From Eledone cirrhosa (lineage: Eukaryota): a stretch of DNA of 64,000 bases. Both the position numbers and the translations under genes were made by a program. The notes under the pieces were generated by a model that had not been told where the DNA came from, searched no databases, and was given only the letters and a program-made list of their open reading frames with translations. The DNA lies in the NCBI GenBank assembly GCA_964016885.1, contig OZ024753.1, positions 47,058,001 to 47,122,000 on the forward strand. The letters are read 5' to 3'. This document shows positions 35,343 through 51,013 of this stretch, one piece after another. Each line of letters begins with the position of its first letter. Positions within the stretch are counted from its first letter, which is position 1.

Positions 35343-36323
35343 AGCAAGGCAAATCGCGCATAAAATAACGCTTATATCGATAAAATAAAACAAAAATTTC
35401 AATGTTGCACTCTTGTTTGTTGTTCTTTTATTTTACGTAAACATTTCGCTGCTCTAGCCTCTTATTTCCTATTAGATTACACTTAATTCCATTAAACATT
35501 CATTCTTAGTCTCGTGGTAAACTATTTCATCTATATTTATATCGCTGTTACAGCCTTTTATTTCTACATCTATCACCTATAGCCACTGTTACGCCGGTAG
35601 TATAAGTAGCTTTATAACAAGAAACGATGATATAACTCCACAAAATGTCTTCTTGAGCAAGACACTTCACCTCATATTGCTCCAGTACACCGAGTTACAC
35701 ATAGACAGATACATACATACACATATATATGTACACAGATAGAAATAAGAGGGAGATAGAGTAAAAGATGTAAAGATAGTGTAAAAGATTTAAAGAGAGG
35801 GTGAGAGTGTGACACACATTTATCTGTCTATCTCTCTCTATTTTAACACCGGTCGTTATAATTAGTTTTATAACACCGCTATATTACCGACATGAAAGAG
35901 GTAAATAATTATTTCTTAAATGTTTAGAACATGTTTCTCTTGTCTTCTTAAATGTATAGAACATGTTTCTTATTTATATTCTTAACATAGCTAGGACCTT
36001 ATCTCATTTACTGGTCTCTACTTTTAGGACTTTGCTGGTCCCATGTGCCCTCCATGAAGACACACTCGCCCCTTCTCTCTCAGTCTCCGTACTAATTACT
36101 ACACATACGTATATATATTTATTTTAAGAAACCTTAATGACAAATAATATAAAGTGTTTGTAAAGTGGGGAAGAGTAGTTTTACGGTGGGGTTGTTATAT
36201 AGATATCGTTTTTGCAGTGGGGTCGTGACTGGCGTATAATAATGAGTCACTGTTGATGTATATACAAATCATGTTTTGGATATAAGTGAAGTTATTTAAG
36301 AGATTTAGTTGTTTTGTATACAT

Positions 36324-38294
36324 TCATAACGGTACGCGATGGGACCCACCCACAGCCCCGGCGGACAGAATGGAGAAGGCGTTTCCCCGGAGCACGGCAA
36401 GGGAGACGCGCTGGAAAAGCCACTCCAACTCGCGGGGCTCACACCTGCGGCTGGCCAGCTCAGCGCCTATGGTGGTGAGTAAGGAGGTAGCCCTGGGGCC
36501 GAGGACACCAGAAGTCTCCACTTCCAGGGGTACGACCGCAAACCTGTCGGAGAGTGAACGATATGTGAGGAGTTTGGCCCCCTCAGCCTGACGTGCAGCA
36601 GAACCTGGGCCAGTCGCAGACTGCACCAGGTTGCGGCTGCAGAAAGTGTCGGTGCAAGTGGCATCCCAGACGAGGGGTTTGCCACCGCGGAACGGGAAGA
36701 TGGTCATGCCATCTAGCCTTTTGCCGTCCCCTCGAGCTGGGAAGGGAAGCCTGCAGCGTCCAAGCCATGCTTAATGACTTCGTTGAGGGCAGCATGGCGT
36801 GGATTGCGGGTGGAGGCCGAAAGAGTCCATGGTGGAACGGCAGCGACATTGGTGTGAGGCCGAGCCTCAGGGAAACGCCGATGCGCAAGCTATTGTTGTC
36901 TAGCTGCGTGCGAGTGGAGAAGGAGGGCAGGGCATGGAGCCAGGCCCCACTGTGGGGTTTGGAGGCTGCACGAAAACAAACAAGGCGGTGCTGGTCGAGC
37001 TGGCACGTGAGCCTGTCTGAGGCCAGGCTGCACTGGATGGCATCCCAAGTGTGTTGGGGGGGACTTGACGTCAACAGGGGGAGAAGGAGGAGGAACGTCT
37101 ACTGGGCTAAGTCCCAGCCGGTGCCACGTCTCACAGGCGGCCAGGCGTTCTCTGAACACAGAGGGTTCTGTTGTGTTTTGAAGAACCCTGCTGAAGAGGA
37201 CGTGGTACGAGGTTACCGACGAAAGATATGCCGGCAAAGCTAGTGAGATCGGGGACTGGAGGCGAAGGCCGCCATACCTGACAGGTAAAGTTGCATATCT
37301 CATCGGCTGCTGCTCGGATACAAGTTTAGGTGTAGCACAGAGTGTATAGAGGAGCTTCGGCATGGCGTAGCAGTTCCTCAGCAGAAAGAGAACTGGGTGG
37401 CCATCAATCAAGCCCAGTCGGCTCGTGAGAGTCTGGACTTGATGGAGGAGCGGATGGCCGGCGGGTGGATCGGTGAGGGCATCCTCTTTGGGGGGTCACC
37501 TGAACCTGGCGGAGAATGGACCGCACGTCCAAGACAGAGACTGCAAAGCTTGCAGCATCGAGGCTGACATTCACCACCTCCGACTTGGCTGAGTTGACCT
37601 GGAGGTCGATTCCCGCCAGGGCAGGAACCACCGATTGAAGGTCATGGCAGACCGCCTGTACGGGCCCACCCAAAGTAGCATCATCCAGATACCAAACGTT
37701 GAGAGGGGCCGTTATACTCCAGGCGATGTGGTCAATACCAAGGGTGAACAGGAGGGGTCCCAAAGGGTTGCCCTGTTGGATCCCAGTAGCCAAGGGTATG
37801 ACCGTATCAGCAGCATGGCGCATGCTTGGGGCTCCATATGACAGGTAGGCAGAGGGGGCTCGGCTGAGGCAGGCCTCGAGCAGATGATCCCAGCGTAAAG
37901 AGTTGAAGGCATTCCTCATGTCAAACTTGACAATGAGGTGGCTGGAGGCCCTGGATGCCGGTTCCGAGTGTTACGGACTTGCAGATTACCTTGGCAGCCA
38001 GCCTCCGGAAGACATTGCCCACAGCAATGGGGCGTATGCCATCCTCTTTCTTCCTGAGAGCGGTGAGGCTGGCCGAAAAAAAGAGGCCTCGAGCATAAGA
38101 GTCCAGGGCGCCATGGATGAGCCTATTGGTGAGCGCCACAATTGCACTCAGAAGGCGGCGCCCGGCCTCAGCGGAGAGGGGAGATATCAACTCCTTGAGG
38201 AGGCCTGGTCAGAGACCATCAACATCTCCGCAGCTGCTAGCTGGGAAGGACCTGATGGCGGACATGATGTCTGCATCAGAAGCCACAAGGAGCA
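36324..38294 (-). pseudogene. Decayed CRE-clade retrotransposon, variant A
   Basis: Carries the 26-bp knuckle deletion. Confidence 0.88.
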
Positions 38295-38947
38295 AGTGTG
38301 GATTACAATACAAAACCTCTGAGAATGATTTCTAAGATATTTCACCATAATTAATTTTCATCAATATATATTAATATTATTATTGTTTATTAGGTCAGGT
38401 GGATTGGCCAGAACAATTCTACTCTTCTTTTTTAGATGTCACGATTTTTCATGGCATTCCTGAGATCATTAATCTCCAGCTGGAGATCCAGAGACATCTG
38501 ATGTATGTAGGTGAACCTCAGTCATCCCACTTGGCTCTTACTATGTTTAGGTATCCACCACAGGAGCCAGCTCATCAGGTCATCCTACCCTCAGCAGCAA
38601 TGTCCAGCATCTATTGATTTCCGCTCCCTAGTTATTGTGGTAATCTTCGATATCTGGGAATATATTTCTTCTGCTTAAGGGAGTAATAAATATATAGTTT
38701 AAAAAAAAACATATATATACACACACATATATATATGTTGTCATTTATAAGAGTTCTCTATCAAAAGCCTTCTCTATGTCCAAAGCTAAGTATAGTGGCT
38801 TATTTTTCTCTAAGAACCTCTTTTGTAGTTGTCTCACTAAGAAGAGGGCATCTGTTGCACTTTTCAGCGGCACAAAACCAAACTGCATCTCATACACATA
38901 CATACATATACATACATACATACATACATATACACATACATACATAC

Positions 38948-39301
38948 ATCATCATCATCATCATCATCATCATTTCGTTTTAAGTCCGCTTTTTCCCTGC
39001 TTGTAAGGGTGGGACGGGAACTGATTCTGGCTTGATTTCTACAGCTGGATGCCCTTCCTAACACCAACCTCATTTACAGTGAGTGCTGAGTGCTTTTTTG
39101 CCGTGGCACCTCCACGACCACTTTGCAGTGGAATGATATGGACCCCAGTCCCTATCATCTCATTTCTACAGCTGAGTAAACTGGAGCAATGTGAAATAAA
39201 GTGTCTTGCTCAAGGAAACAACACATCACCCGGTCTGAGAATTGAACTCACAACTTTTCGATTGCCAGGCCAATGCTCGAACCACTAAGCCATGTGCCTC
39301 C
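38948..39301 (-). mobile_element. tRNA-derived SINE with RTE tail (copy)
   Basis: Copy of 13527-13880. Confidence 0.88.
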
Positions 39302-39791
39302 ATATACATATACATATACATATACATACACATACATATACATACATATATATATACATACATACATATATACACATACATACATACACATACATACACA
39401 TATACATACATATACATACATAGATATATATATATACATAATATAAATATACATACATACACATACATAAGCATATACACATAAGTATATATACATATAC
39501 ACACGTATATATACATATACATACATACATATATACACATACATACATATATACATACATACACACATATATACATATACACATACATACATATACATAC
39601 ATATACACATACATACATATATATATATACATACACACACATATATACATACACACACATATATACAAACACATACATATACACATATATACACATACAT
39701 ACACATACATATACATACATATACACATATACACTCATATATACATATACATACATACACACACATACATACATATATACATATACATACA

Positions 39792-40341
39792 TAAAGACAA
39801 ATCCACCTCATGGACGAGAATGCAAGGGCTCCTCCTCTTTGTTTCGGCCGCGGATGGCTAACCCTAACCCCATCCCCGCTCCCCACCGCTCCCAACCTCC
39901 AAACGCAATCCAAAACTTCAGAGTTGGTACCATTAATGTAGGCACCTTATAGGGTGGCTCTAACGAGGTTGTAGAAATGCTTGAACGTAAGGAGGTCGAT
40001 GTTTGTTGTATTCAAGAGACCAGGTGGAGGGGTGGGTCTGCTAGATTCATCGTGGGTAAAGAACGATGCTATAAGCTTTTCTGTGTGGCAAATGACAATG
40101 GGCTGGGTATACACATACCACCCCACCACCCCACCGCAAAGTGGTCGTGGAGGCGCCGCGGCAAAAAAGCACCCAGCCCACACTGTAAAGCTGACGTGGA
40201 GGTGCCACGGAAAAAAAAAAGCACCCAGCACTCACTGCAAACGGGGTTGGCGTCGGGAAGGGCACCCAGCTGTAGAAACCAATCCAGAATCAGCTCCCAC
40301 CCCACCCTTGCAAGCATGGAAAAGCGGACGTCTGATGAAGT

Positions 40342-40343
<2 letters not shown>
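39792..40343 (+). mobile_element. Bipartite RTE derivative (copy)
   Basis: Copy of 14371-14922. Confidence 0.82.
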
Positions 40344-40414
<71 letters not shown>

Positions 40415-41155
40415 TATATATATACACATATATATATACACACATATATATCAGTGTACATATATATATACATATATATATATATATAAATGAATATTTA
40501 TTCAATTTAAAGCGCCAATTATCTATATATAACAAGATATGAATTTTTCTAGGGATGGGGAAATTTTCAGTTTGTTTTTATATTTTCACTTCATTTTTTA
40601 CTTTCTATTTAATACAGTCTTTGATCCAATATAATCCTGACAGTATTTGAACCAGTTTACCTCATATATATGTATGCACACACAACACTCAAGTTTCGCC
40701 ATCTACTGCTATTTCATTCATATTTATTGTTTAATTAACTCTGGTCTAATTCATCAACTATTGTTAATTATATTATTACGTAGATTTCTTATAAAATCTA
40801 GTGCATATATACGTGTATATATACAGGGAGACACTGTAATAGATGTAAAGAGAGTGGGAGATAGAGTTATAGAAGTAAAGAGAGGGGGAGAAATAAGCGG
40901 TAGATAGAGTAATAGATGTAAAGAGAGGGTTAGAACGTTCAACTTGACAGTCAGTACAATGTTCAGCATGGTAGCCAGTACATATGCCAACTACCCAACC
41001 GGCCAGCCAGCCGCATATGCGGTTGACTGGCCAGTTGGGCGGTTGGTAGGTGGAACGTTCAACTACGCAGTCAGTACCAAAGTTCAACATTGTAGCCAGT
41101 GCATATGCCGATCGCCGCGCCCTCTTTGCTCTATTTTAATGACCTGGAACTAAGT

Positions 41156-41268
41156 AAAAAGAGTAGGAGATAACTCGACAAGAGCGGAGAGGGTGAGATT
41201 CGAACCATGTAAAGTCGTTGGCTCCTGAAGTTCGTAAGCGGGGCTGCTACTGACTGAGCAGCGCCGGC
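41156..41268 (-). ncRNA. tRNA-like Pol III-type cassette, unit 6
   Basis: Copy of 56-168. Confidence 0.5.
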
Positions 41269-42263
41269 AGCAAGGCAAATCGCGCATAAAATAACGCTTA
41301 TATCGACAAAAAAAAAAAAAAAATTTCAATGTTGCACTCTTGTTTGTTGTTCTTTTATTTTACGTAAACATTTCGCTGCTCTAGCCTCTTATTTCCTATT
41401 AGATTACACTTAATTCCATTAAACATTCATTCTTAGTCTCGTGGTAAACTATTTCATCTATATTTATATCGCTGTTACAGCCTTTTATTTCTACATCTAT
41501 CACCTATAGCCACTGTTACGCCGGTAGTATAAGTAGCTTTATAACAAGAAACGATGATATAACTCCACAAAATGTCTTCTTGAGCAAGACACTTCACTTC
41601 GTATTGCTCCAGTACACCGAGTTACACATAGACAGATACATACATACATACACAGATAGAAATGAGAGGTAGATAGAGTAAAAGATTTAAAGAGAGTGTG
41701 AGAAGTACGAGTTAGATAGTGTAAAAGATTTAAAGAGAGGGTGAGAGTGTGACACACATTTATCTGTCTATCTCTCTCTATTTTAACACCGGTCGTTATA
41801 ATTAGTTTTATAACACCGCTATATTACCGACATGAAAGAGGTAAATAATTATTTCTTAAATGTTTAGAACATGTTTCTCTTGTCTTCTTAAATGTATAGA
41901 ACATGTTTCTTATTTATATTCTTAACATAGCTAGGACCTTATCTCATTTACTGGTCTCTACTTTTAGGGCTTTGCTGGTCCCATGTGCCCTCCATGAAGA
42001 CACACTCGCCCCTTCTCTCTCAGTCTCCGTACTAATTACTACACATACGTATATATATTTATTTTAAGAAACCTTAATGACAAATAATATAAAGTGTTTG
42101 TAAAGTGGGGAAGAGTAGTTTTACGGTGGGGTTGTTATATAGATATCGTTTTTGCAGTGGGGTCGTGACTGGCGTATAATAATGAGTCACTGTTGATGTA
42201 TATACAAATCATGTTTTGGATATAAGTGAAGTTATTTAAGAGATTTAGTTGTTTTGTATACAT

Positions 42264-44234
42264 TCATAACGGTACGCGATGGGACCCACCCACAGCCCCG
42301 GCGGACAGAATGGAGAAGGCGTTTCCCCGGAGCACGGCAAGGGAGACGCGCTGGAAAAGCCACTCCAACTCGCGGGGCTCACACCTGCGGCTGGCCAGCT
42401 CAGCGCCTATGGTGGTGAGTAAGGAGGTAGCCCTGGGGCCGAGGACACCAGAAGTCTCCACTTCCAGGGGTACGACCGCAAACCTGTCGGAGAGTGAACG
42501 ATATGTGAGGAGTTTGGCCCCCTCAGCCTGACGTGCAGCAGAACCTGGGCCAGTCGCAGACTGCACCAGGTTGCGGCTGCAGAAAGTGTCGGTGCAAGTG
42601 GCATCCCAGACGAGGGGTTTGCCACCGCGGAACGGGAAGATGGTCATGCCATCTAGCCTTTTGCCGTCCCCTCGAGCTGGGAAGGGAAGCCTGCAGCGTC
42701 CAAGCCATGCTTAATGACTTCGTTGAGGGCAGCATGGCGTGGATTGCGGGTGGAGGCCGAAAGAGTCCATGGTGGAACGGCAGCGACATTGGTGTGAGGC
42801 CGAGCCTCAGGGAAACGCCGATGCGCAAGCTATTGTTGTCTAGCTGCGTGCGAGTGGAGAAGGAGGGCAGGGCATGGAGCCAGGCCCCACTGTGGGGTTT
42901 GGAGGCTGCACGAAAACAAACAAGGCGGTGCTGGTCGAGCTGGCACGTGAGCCTGTCTGAGGCCAGGCTGCACTGGATGGCATCCCAAGTGTGTTGGGGG
43001 GGACTTGACGTCAACAGGGGGAGAAGGAGGAGGAACGTCTACTGGGCTAAGTCCCAGCCGGTGCCACGTCTCACAGGCGGCCAGGCGTTCTCTGAACACA
43101 GAGGGTTCTGTTGTGTTTTGAAGAACCCTGCTGAAGAGGACGTGGTACGAGGTTACCGACGAAAGATATGCCGGCAAAGCTAGTGAGATCGGGGACTGGA
43201 GGCGAAGGCCGCCATACCTGACAGGTAAAGTTACATATCTCATCGGCTGCTGCTCGGATACAAGTTTAGGTGTAGCACAGAGTGTATAGAGGAGCTTCGG
43301 CATGGCGTAGCAGTTCCTCAGCAGAAAGAGAACTGGGTGGCCATCAATCAAGCCCAGTCGGCTCGTGAGAGTCTGGACTTGATGGAGGAGCGGATGGCCG
43401 GCGGGTGGATCGGTGAGGGCATCCTCTTTGGGGGGTCACCTGAACCTGGCGGAGAATGGACCGCACGTCCAAGACGGAGACTGCAAAGCTTGCAGCATCG
43501 AGGCTGACATTCACCACCTCCGACTTGGCTGAGTTGACCTGGAGGTCGATTCCCGCCAGGGCAGGAACCACCGATTGAAGGTCATGGCAGACCGCCTGTA
43601 CGGGCCCACCCAAAGTAGCATCATCCAGATACCAAACGTTGAGAGGGGCCGTTATACTCCAGGCGATGGGGTCAATACCAAGGGTGAACAGGAGGGGTCC
43701 CAAAGGGTTGCCCTGTTGGATCCCAGTAGCCAAGGGTATGACCGTATCAGCAGCATGGCGCATGCTTGGGGCTCCATATGACAGGTAGGCAGGGGGGGCT
43801 CGGCTGAGGCAGGCCTCGAGCAGATGATCCCAGCGTAAAGAGTTGAAGGCATTCCTCATGTCAAACTTGACAATGAGGTGGCTGGAGGCCCTGGATGCCG
43901 GTTCCGAGTGTTACGGACTTGCAGATTACCTTGGCAGCCAGCCTCCGGAAGACATTGCCCACAGCAATGGGGCGTATGCCATCCTCTTTCTTCCTGAGAG
44001 CGGTGAGGCTGGCCGAAAAAAAGAGGCCTCGAGCATAAGAGTCCAGGGCGCCATGGATGAGCCTATTGGTGAGCGCCACAATTGCACTCAGAAGGCGGCG
44101 CCCGGCCTCAGCGGAGAGGGGAGATATCAACTCCTTGAGGAGGCCTGGTCAGAGACCATCAACATCTCCGCAGCTGCTAGCTGGGAAGGACCTGATGGCG
44201 GACATGATGTCTGCATCAGAAGCCACAAGGAGCA
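42264..44234 (-). pseudogene. Decayed CRE-clade retrotransposon, variant A
   Basis: Same split RT/RLE ORFs. Confidence 0.88.
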
Positions 44235-45174
44235 AGTGTGGATTACAATACAAAACCTCTGAGAATGATTTCTAAGATATTTCACCATAATTAATTTTCA
44301 TCAATATATATTAATATTATTATTGTTTATTAGGTCAGGTGGATTGGCCAGAACAATTCTACTCTTCTTTTTTAGATGTCACGATTTTTCATGGCATTCC
44401 TGAGATCATTAATCTCCAGCTGGAGATCCAGAGACATCTGATGTATGTAGGTGAACCTCAGTCATCCCACTAGGGTCTTACTATGTTTAGGTATCCACCA
44501 CAGGAGCCAGCTCATCAGGTCATCCTACCCTCAGCAGCAATGTCCAGCATCTATTGATTTCCGCTCCCTAGTTATTGTGGTAATCTTCGATATCTGGGAA
44601 TATATTTCTTCTGCTTAAGGGAGTAATAAATATATAGTTTTAAAAAAAACATATATATACACACACATATATATATGTTGTCATTTATAAGAGTTCTCTA
44701 TCAAAAGCCTTCTCTATGTCCAAAGCTAAGTATAGTGGCTTATTTTTCTCTAAGAACCTCTTTTGTAGTTGTCTCACTAAGAAGAGGGCATCTGTTGCAC
44801 TTTTCAGCGGCTTAATTAATTAATGAGGTTTAATTAATGAGGAATTTTGAGGTATTTATAACAATTATTAATTATTTCATTACTGAGATATCATTTGAAG
44901 GACTTACTAATGTTTTTATTTATTAATTATTTTATTAGTAACTTAACATGTGGTTCTTGTATAAAATTATGTTGGAAGATTTTAGGAAGATGCTATGTAG
45001 CCGGTCGCGGTAAAATAGACGCCCAGGCTATGTAGCCGGTAAGAGTGTCAGACTCCATGTGTTGCGGCCCTTTATGGTCTGAGTTAAGACAATTTAAAAT
45101 CTTTTCCACCATCAATTGTTAAAAAACAAGTTAAAATCATTTTGTCGTCCATTTGTAACGTACGTTACACTTTA

Positions 45175-45973
45175 GTTACATACACATATACTATGTTACA
45201 TACACACATCTACTGTGTTACATACACACACATCAACTGGGTTATATACACACACATCTACTGCGTTACATACACATCTACTGTGTTACACACACATCTA
45301 CTGTGTTACATACACACACATCTACTGAGTTACATACACACACATCTACTGTGTTACATACACACACATCTTCTGTGTTACATACACACATCTACTATGT
45401 TACATACACACATCTACTGTGTTACATACACACACCTGTGTTACATACACACACATCTACTGAGTTACATACACACAGATCTACTGTGTTACATACACAC
45501 ACATCTACTGTGTTACACACATCTTCTATGTTACATACACACAATCTACTGTGTTACATACACACATCTACTGAGTTACATACACACACATCTACTGAGT
45601 TACATACACACACATGTACTGTGTTACATACACACATCTACTGTGTTACATACATACACATCTACTGTGTTACATACATACACATCTACTGTTACATACA
45701 CACATCTACCGTGTTACACACACACATCTACCGTGTTACACACACACATCTACCGTGTTACACACACACATCTACCGTGTTACACACACACATCTACTGA
45801 GTTACATACACATATACTGAGTTACATGCAAACACACATCTACTCTGTTACATATACACATCTACTGTGTTACATACACATCTACTGTGATACACACACA
45901 CACATCTACTCATACATATTCATAAATAGACACACATTATACAAATAATTATTACATACACACACATCTCTGT
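45175..45973. repeat. 22-24 bp minisatellite (copy)
   Basis: Copy of 25652-26450. Confidence 0.95.
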
Positions 45974-46703
45974 AATAATTCAGGAAGGAAGGGGCTGGTG
46001 AAACGCTATAGCAATGTGTGTGTGTTGTGTACCTTTCAGGTTTACCGGTTTCGTAGCCTATTTGAAGATTTTATTATAATTATGAACCTTATAATTCAAT
46101 TAATTATGAATAATTTTGAGCTATTTATCACAATTGTTAGTTAATTACTAACATAGTAACTTACCATATGGTTGTTATATAGAATTTTGTTGGAAGACTT
46201 TAATTTAGATAGGAACCATTTCCATAGTACGAGAACTAATTTTGGCTGGGTTTCTACCAAAAGGGTTAATGAAGAATTTTGAACAATTTACTAAAATTAT
46301 TAATTATTTCATTACTAAGATAATGTGTGAATACACAATTATATGTGTGTATATATATATAAACAGTATATATATATATAGTATATATATATATAAACAG
46401 TATATATATAGTATACAAAAGATGTAGTGGGATAGTGTGTAGTCTTAAGACAAGTCTGTCCAGATAGCTGCGCTGTAACTTACACTTATTGGGACTGTGT
46501 GTTGGCAAGCAGGCCTGTATTTTGGGATCTAGCTGGTCCATTATGAGGGAGGTCTGGTTAGTTGGCAGCACCATGCCTTACTTGTGGTATATGTATGTAT
46601 AGAAATAAGTTATTGTATATGCATAACTGTCCATCTATATGTATACATGTATGTTTACTTATATCTTTGCATACATATATACATTTTCAGATGTATACAC
46701 GTA

Positions 46704-48623
46704 ATGGTCACCCGGATAGTAAACCAAGTCATACAGAATGGGGTTGTTCTGAAGGACTGGCGTAGCAGCATCATCATTAACTGTTACAAGGGTAAAGGAG
46801 ATGCCCTAGATAGGAGTAACTATAGAGGCATTAAATTAATCGACCAGGTCATGAAGGTCACGGAAAAAGTAATAGCGCAACTAATCAGAGAGAGAATTGA
46901 TCTAGATGAAATGCAGTTCGGGTTTGTGTCAGGTAAAAGTACCACAGACGCTCTTTTCATTGTACGACAACTACAGGAGAAGTACCTAGTTAAAAGTAAA
47001 CCCCTATACTTAGCTTTTGTTGACTTGGAGAAAGCCTTCGACAGAGTCCCCCGTTCCATTATCTGGTGGGCTCTTAGAAAACTAGGTGTTGAGGAATGGC
47101 TTGTGAGAGCTATACGAGCCATGTATAAAGAAACAGTCAGCAAGGTTAGAATTAACAACGAATATAGTGAAGAGTTTAGCGTAAAAGTTGGTGTTCATCA
47201 GGGCTCCGTCCTTAGCCCCCTACTATTTATTATTGCCCTTCAGGCTATAACAGTGGAGTTCAAGACCGGCTGCCCATGGGAACTCCTATACGCAGATGAT
47301 CTAACGCTCATAGCTGAATCAATGGCCGAGCTAGAGAAGAAATTCCAAACATGGAAGCAAGGCCTAGAATCAGAAGGCCTTAAAATTAACCTGGCTAAGA
47401 CTAAAGTTCTAGTTTGTAGGAAAGAAAATAAGGCGCCGGTCCCTTCCGGGAAATGGCCATGCTCAGTGTGTAGGAAAGGCGTAGGTAGAAACTCCATTTT
47501 ATGTCCCAAATGCAAAGTATGGGTTCATAAAAGATGTAGTGGGATCACAGGTAAGCTAACTAAGAACATAGATTTTACATGTGGCCGGTGCTCTGGTGCA
47601 ATAAGTAGCAGCAAGTGCCCACAAAATACTAGCTCTTTCAATTGCGCAGAGGGTTCTATAGAAATAGTGGACAGCTTCCGTTACCTGGGTGACAAAATCA
47701 GCAGTGGGGGAGGGTGCTCTGAAAGTACAGTAACTAGAGTCAGAACTGGATGGAAAAAGTTCAGAGAGCTTATACCACTATTAGCCGCTAAAGGGTTCTC
47801 CCTAAAAATGAAAGGCAGGTTGTATGATGCCTGCATATGAACAGCAATGTTGCATGGCAGTGAGACCTGGGCATTGTGTGCAGAGGATATACGCAGACTA
47901 GAGAGGAACGAAGCTTGCATGCTTCGCTGGATGTGTAATAGTAATATATGTGAACGGCAAAGCATAAACGAACTAAGGGAAAAATTAGAAATAAGAGGGA
48001 TCAGATGTTGTGTACTCGAGAGAAGACTACGTTGGTATGGTCCACGTGATGCGGATGAAAGACGACAGCTGTATAAAAAAAATGCAGGGCAATAAAGATA
48101 GACGGTAGCCACGGAGTAGGCAGACCCAGAAAAACCTGGGACGACTTGATAAATTCCGACCTCACACACTTACACCTCTCCAAGACAATGTCACTGGACC
48201 GAGATCTTTGGCGGTACTCAGTAATAGAGAAGACCCGCCTTACCTAGATACAAAGTAAAACCTACTACAGTCAGTAGGCACCTCTAACAAAATACACCCC
48301 CACCCCATCCACACCGCCCCTTTCAATGTAAAGTTATGTTGGTGCCACAACATCCAGGCCGAAACAAATGAGGTCGTGTAGGTGTCACGACAAAAAAAAA
48401 AAACACAGTCCACGCAGTAATGTGGCCGTGTAGGTAACACGGTAAAAACCTCCCAGTCCCACACTGTAAATGCGGTTGGTGTTAGGAAGGGCATCCAGCT
48501 GTAGAAAACCCGCCAGACAGTCCTATGCGAGCAAGACAACCACTCTTGCCTCAAGTGGGAAAATTCCCGTCCAAACCCATGCAAGCGTGGAATATGGACG
48601 TTAAACGATGATGATGATGATGA

Positions 48624-48627
<4 letters not shown>
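46704..48627 (+). mobile_element. 5'-truncated RTE LINE (copy)
   Basis: ORF 46584-47840, same premature stop; (GAT)n tail. Confidence 0.93.
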
Positions 48628-48653
<26 letters not shown>

Positions 48654-48657
<4 letters not shown>

Positions 48658-49780
48658 CTTTGACATTTCTTAGAAAAAAAATGAAAAAGTTTTGTGAGAA
48701 CCCCAATGTTTATTTATTTTATTTTATTTTTAAATAAAATTAATAACATTAATTTTATTTTGAAATTAGGTTTATAAATATTAATTATCAGCAGACCGTT
48801 GTAGCAGTCTTGGCGGCTTAGTGGGAAGTACCAGAGATGGTGAGGTCCTTGTCTGTAGGTTCAATCCTGGTCTGGGAGTTCAATCATTGCTGTAATGTGT
48901 CCTGTTAATCTTTTTTTAAATTTTCCTCAGAAAAAACTGAAAATCTTTGGTGAGAACCCCAATGTCTATTTATCTAATATAATTTAATTTATTTTATTTT
49001 ATTTTACTTTAGTTAAATTGTCAAAACCACTGGTGATCTAAAGTTAGAGGAGACAGATAAAATAGACATATTGTCTCCTCAACCTTTAGATCTTCAGTGT
49101 TTTCGACAATTTAACTAAAATAAAAAATTAAATTCAATATAATTAAATAAATAGGGGTTCTCTTTTTCAAAGAGATATAGAAAGAAAATTATAAAAGATT
49201 AACATGACACCTTACATGTATCTCATGGACCAGGATTGAACCTGAGTCCCCAATTCAACCCTCAGACCAGGATTGAACACCCAGAACAGGATCTCACCAT
49301 CTCTGGTACTTCCCACTAAGCTACCGAGACTGATACAAAGATGTACTGAAATTTAATATTTATAAACCTACTTTCAAAATAAAATTAAAAATAAAATATA
49401 TATATATATATATTCCTTTGACATTTCTTAGAAAAAAGAACTGAAAAAGTTTTGTGAGAACGCCAATGTCTATTTATTTTATTTTATTTTTAATTAAATT
49501 AGTTATATTTTGAAAGTAGGTTTATAAATATTAATTTTCAATAGACCTTTGTAGCAGTCTTGGTGGCTTAGTGGGAAGTACCAGAGATGGTGAGATCCTT
49601 GTCTGTAAGTTCAATTCTTGCTTGGAGACATGTCTAATGTGTCCTATTAATCTTTTTTTAATTTTCCTTTTACATCTCTTAGAAATAACTGAAAATCTTT
49701 GGTGAGAACCCCAATGTCTATTTATCTAATATAATTAATTTAATTTAATTTAATTTAATTTTTATTTTAGTGAAACCACT
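48654..49780. repeat. Fold-back triple repeat (copy)
   Basis: Copy of 7574-8700. Confidence 0.85.
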
Positions 49781-50220
49781 GTTGTATTCAAGAGACCAGG
49801 TGGAGGGGTGGGTCTGCTAGATTCATCGTGGGTAAAGAACGGTGCTATGAACTTTTCTGGGTGGGAAATGACAATGGGCTGGGTATACACATACCACCCC
49901 ACCACCCCACCGTAAAGTGGTCGTGGAGGCGCCACGGCAAAAAAGCACCCAGCCCGCTCTGTAAAGCTGACGTGGAGGTGCCACGGAAAAAAAAAAAGCA
50001 CCCAGCACTCACTGCAAACTGGGTTGGCGTCAGGAAGGGCACCCAGCTGTAGAAACCAATCCAGAATCAGCTCCCACCCCACCCTTGCAAGCATGGAAAA
50101 GCGGACGTATGATGAAGTTGATATATATATATATATATTAGTATATATATACACATACATATGTACACATATACACATACATATATATATATATATACAC
50201 ACACATATATATCAGTGTAC

Positions 50221-50255
<35 letters not shown>

Positions 50256-50900
50256 AATGAATATTTATTCAATTTAAAGCGCCAATTATCTATATATAAC
50301 AAGATATGAATTTTTCTAGGGATGGGGAAATTTTCAGTTTGTTTTTATATTTTCACTTCATTTTTTACTTTCTATTTAATACAGTCTTTGATCCAATATA
50401 ATCCTGACAGTATTTGAACCAGTTTACCTCATATATATGTATGCACACACAACACTCAAGTTTCGCCATCTACTGCTATTTCATTCATATTTATTGTTTA
50501 ATTAACTCTGGTCTAATTCATCAACTATTGTTAATTATATTATTACGTAGATTTCTTATAAAATCTAGTGCATATATACGTGTATATATACAGGGAGACA
50601 CTGTGTAATAGATGTAAAGAGAGTGGGAGATAGAGTTATAGAAGTAAAGAGAGGGAGAGAAATAAGCGGTAGATAGAGCAATAGATGTAAAGAGAGGGTT
50701 AGAACGTTCAACTTGACAGTCAGTACATATGCCAACTACCCAACCGGCCAGCCAGCCGTATTTGCGGTTGACTGGCCAGTTGGGCGGTTGGTATGTGGAA
50801 CGTTCAACTATGCAGTCAGTACCAAAGTTCAACATTGTAGCCAGTGCATATGCCGATCGCCGCGACCTCTTTGCTCTATTTAAATGACCTGGAACTAAGT

Positions 50901-51013
50901 AAAAAGAGTAGGAGATAACTCGACAAGAGCGGAGAGGGTGAGATTCGAACCATGTAAAGTCGTTGGCTCCTGAACTTCGTAAGCGGGGCTGCTACTGACT
51001 GATCAACGCCGGC
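50901..51013 (-). ncRNA. tRNA-like Pol III-type cassette, unit 7 (allele B)
   Basis: Copy of 9783-9895. Confidence 0.5.
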
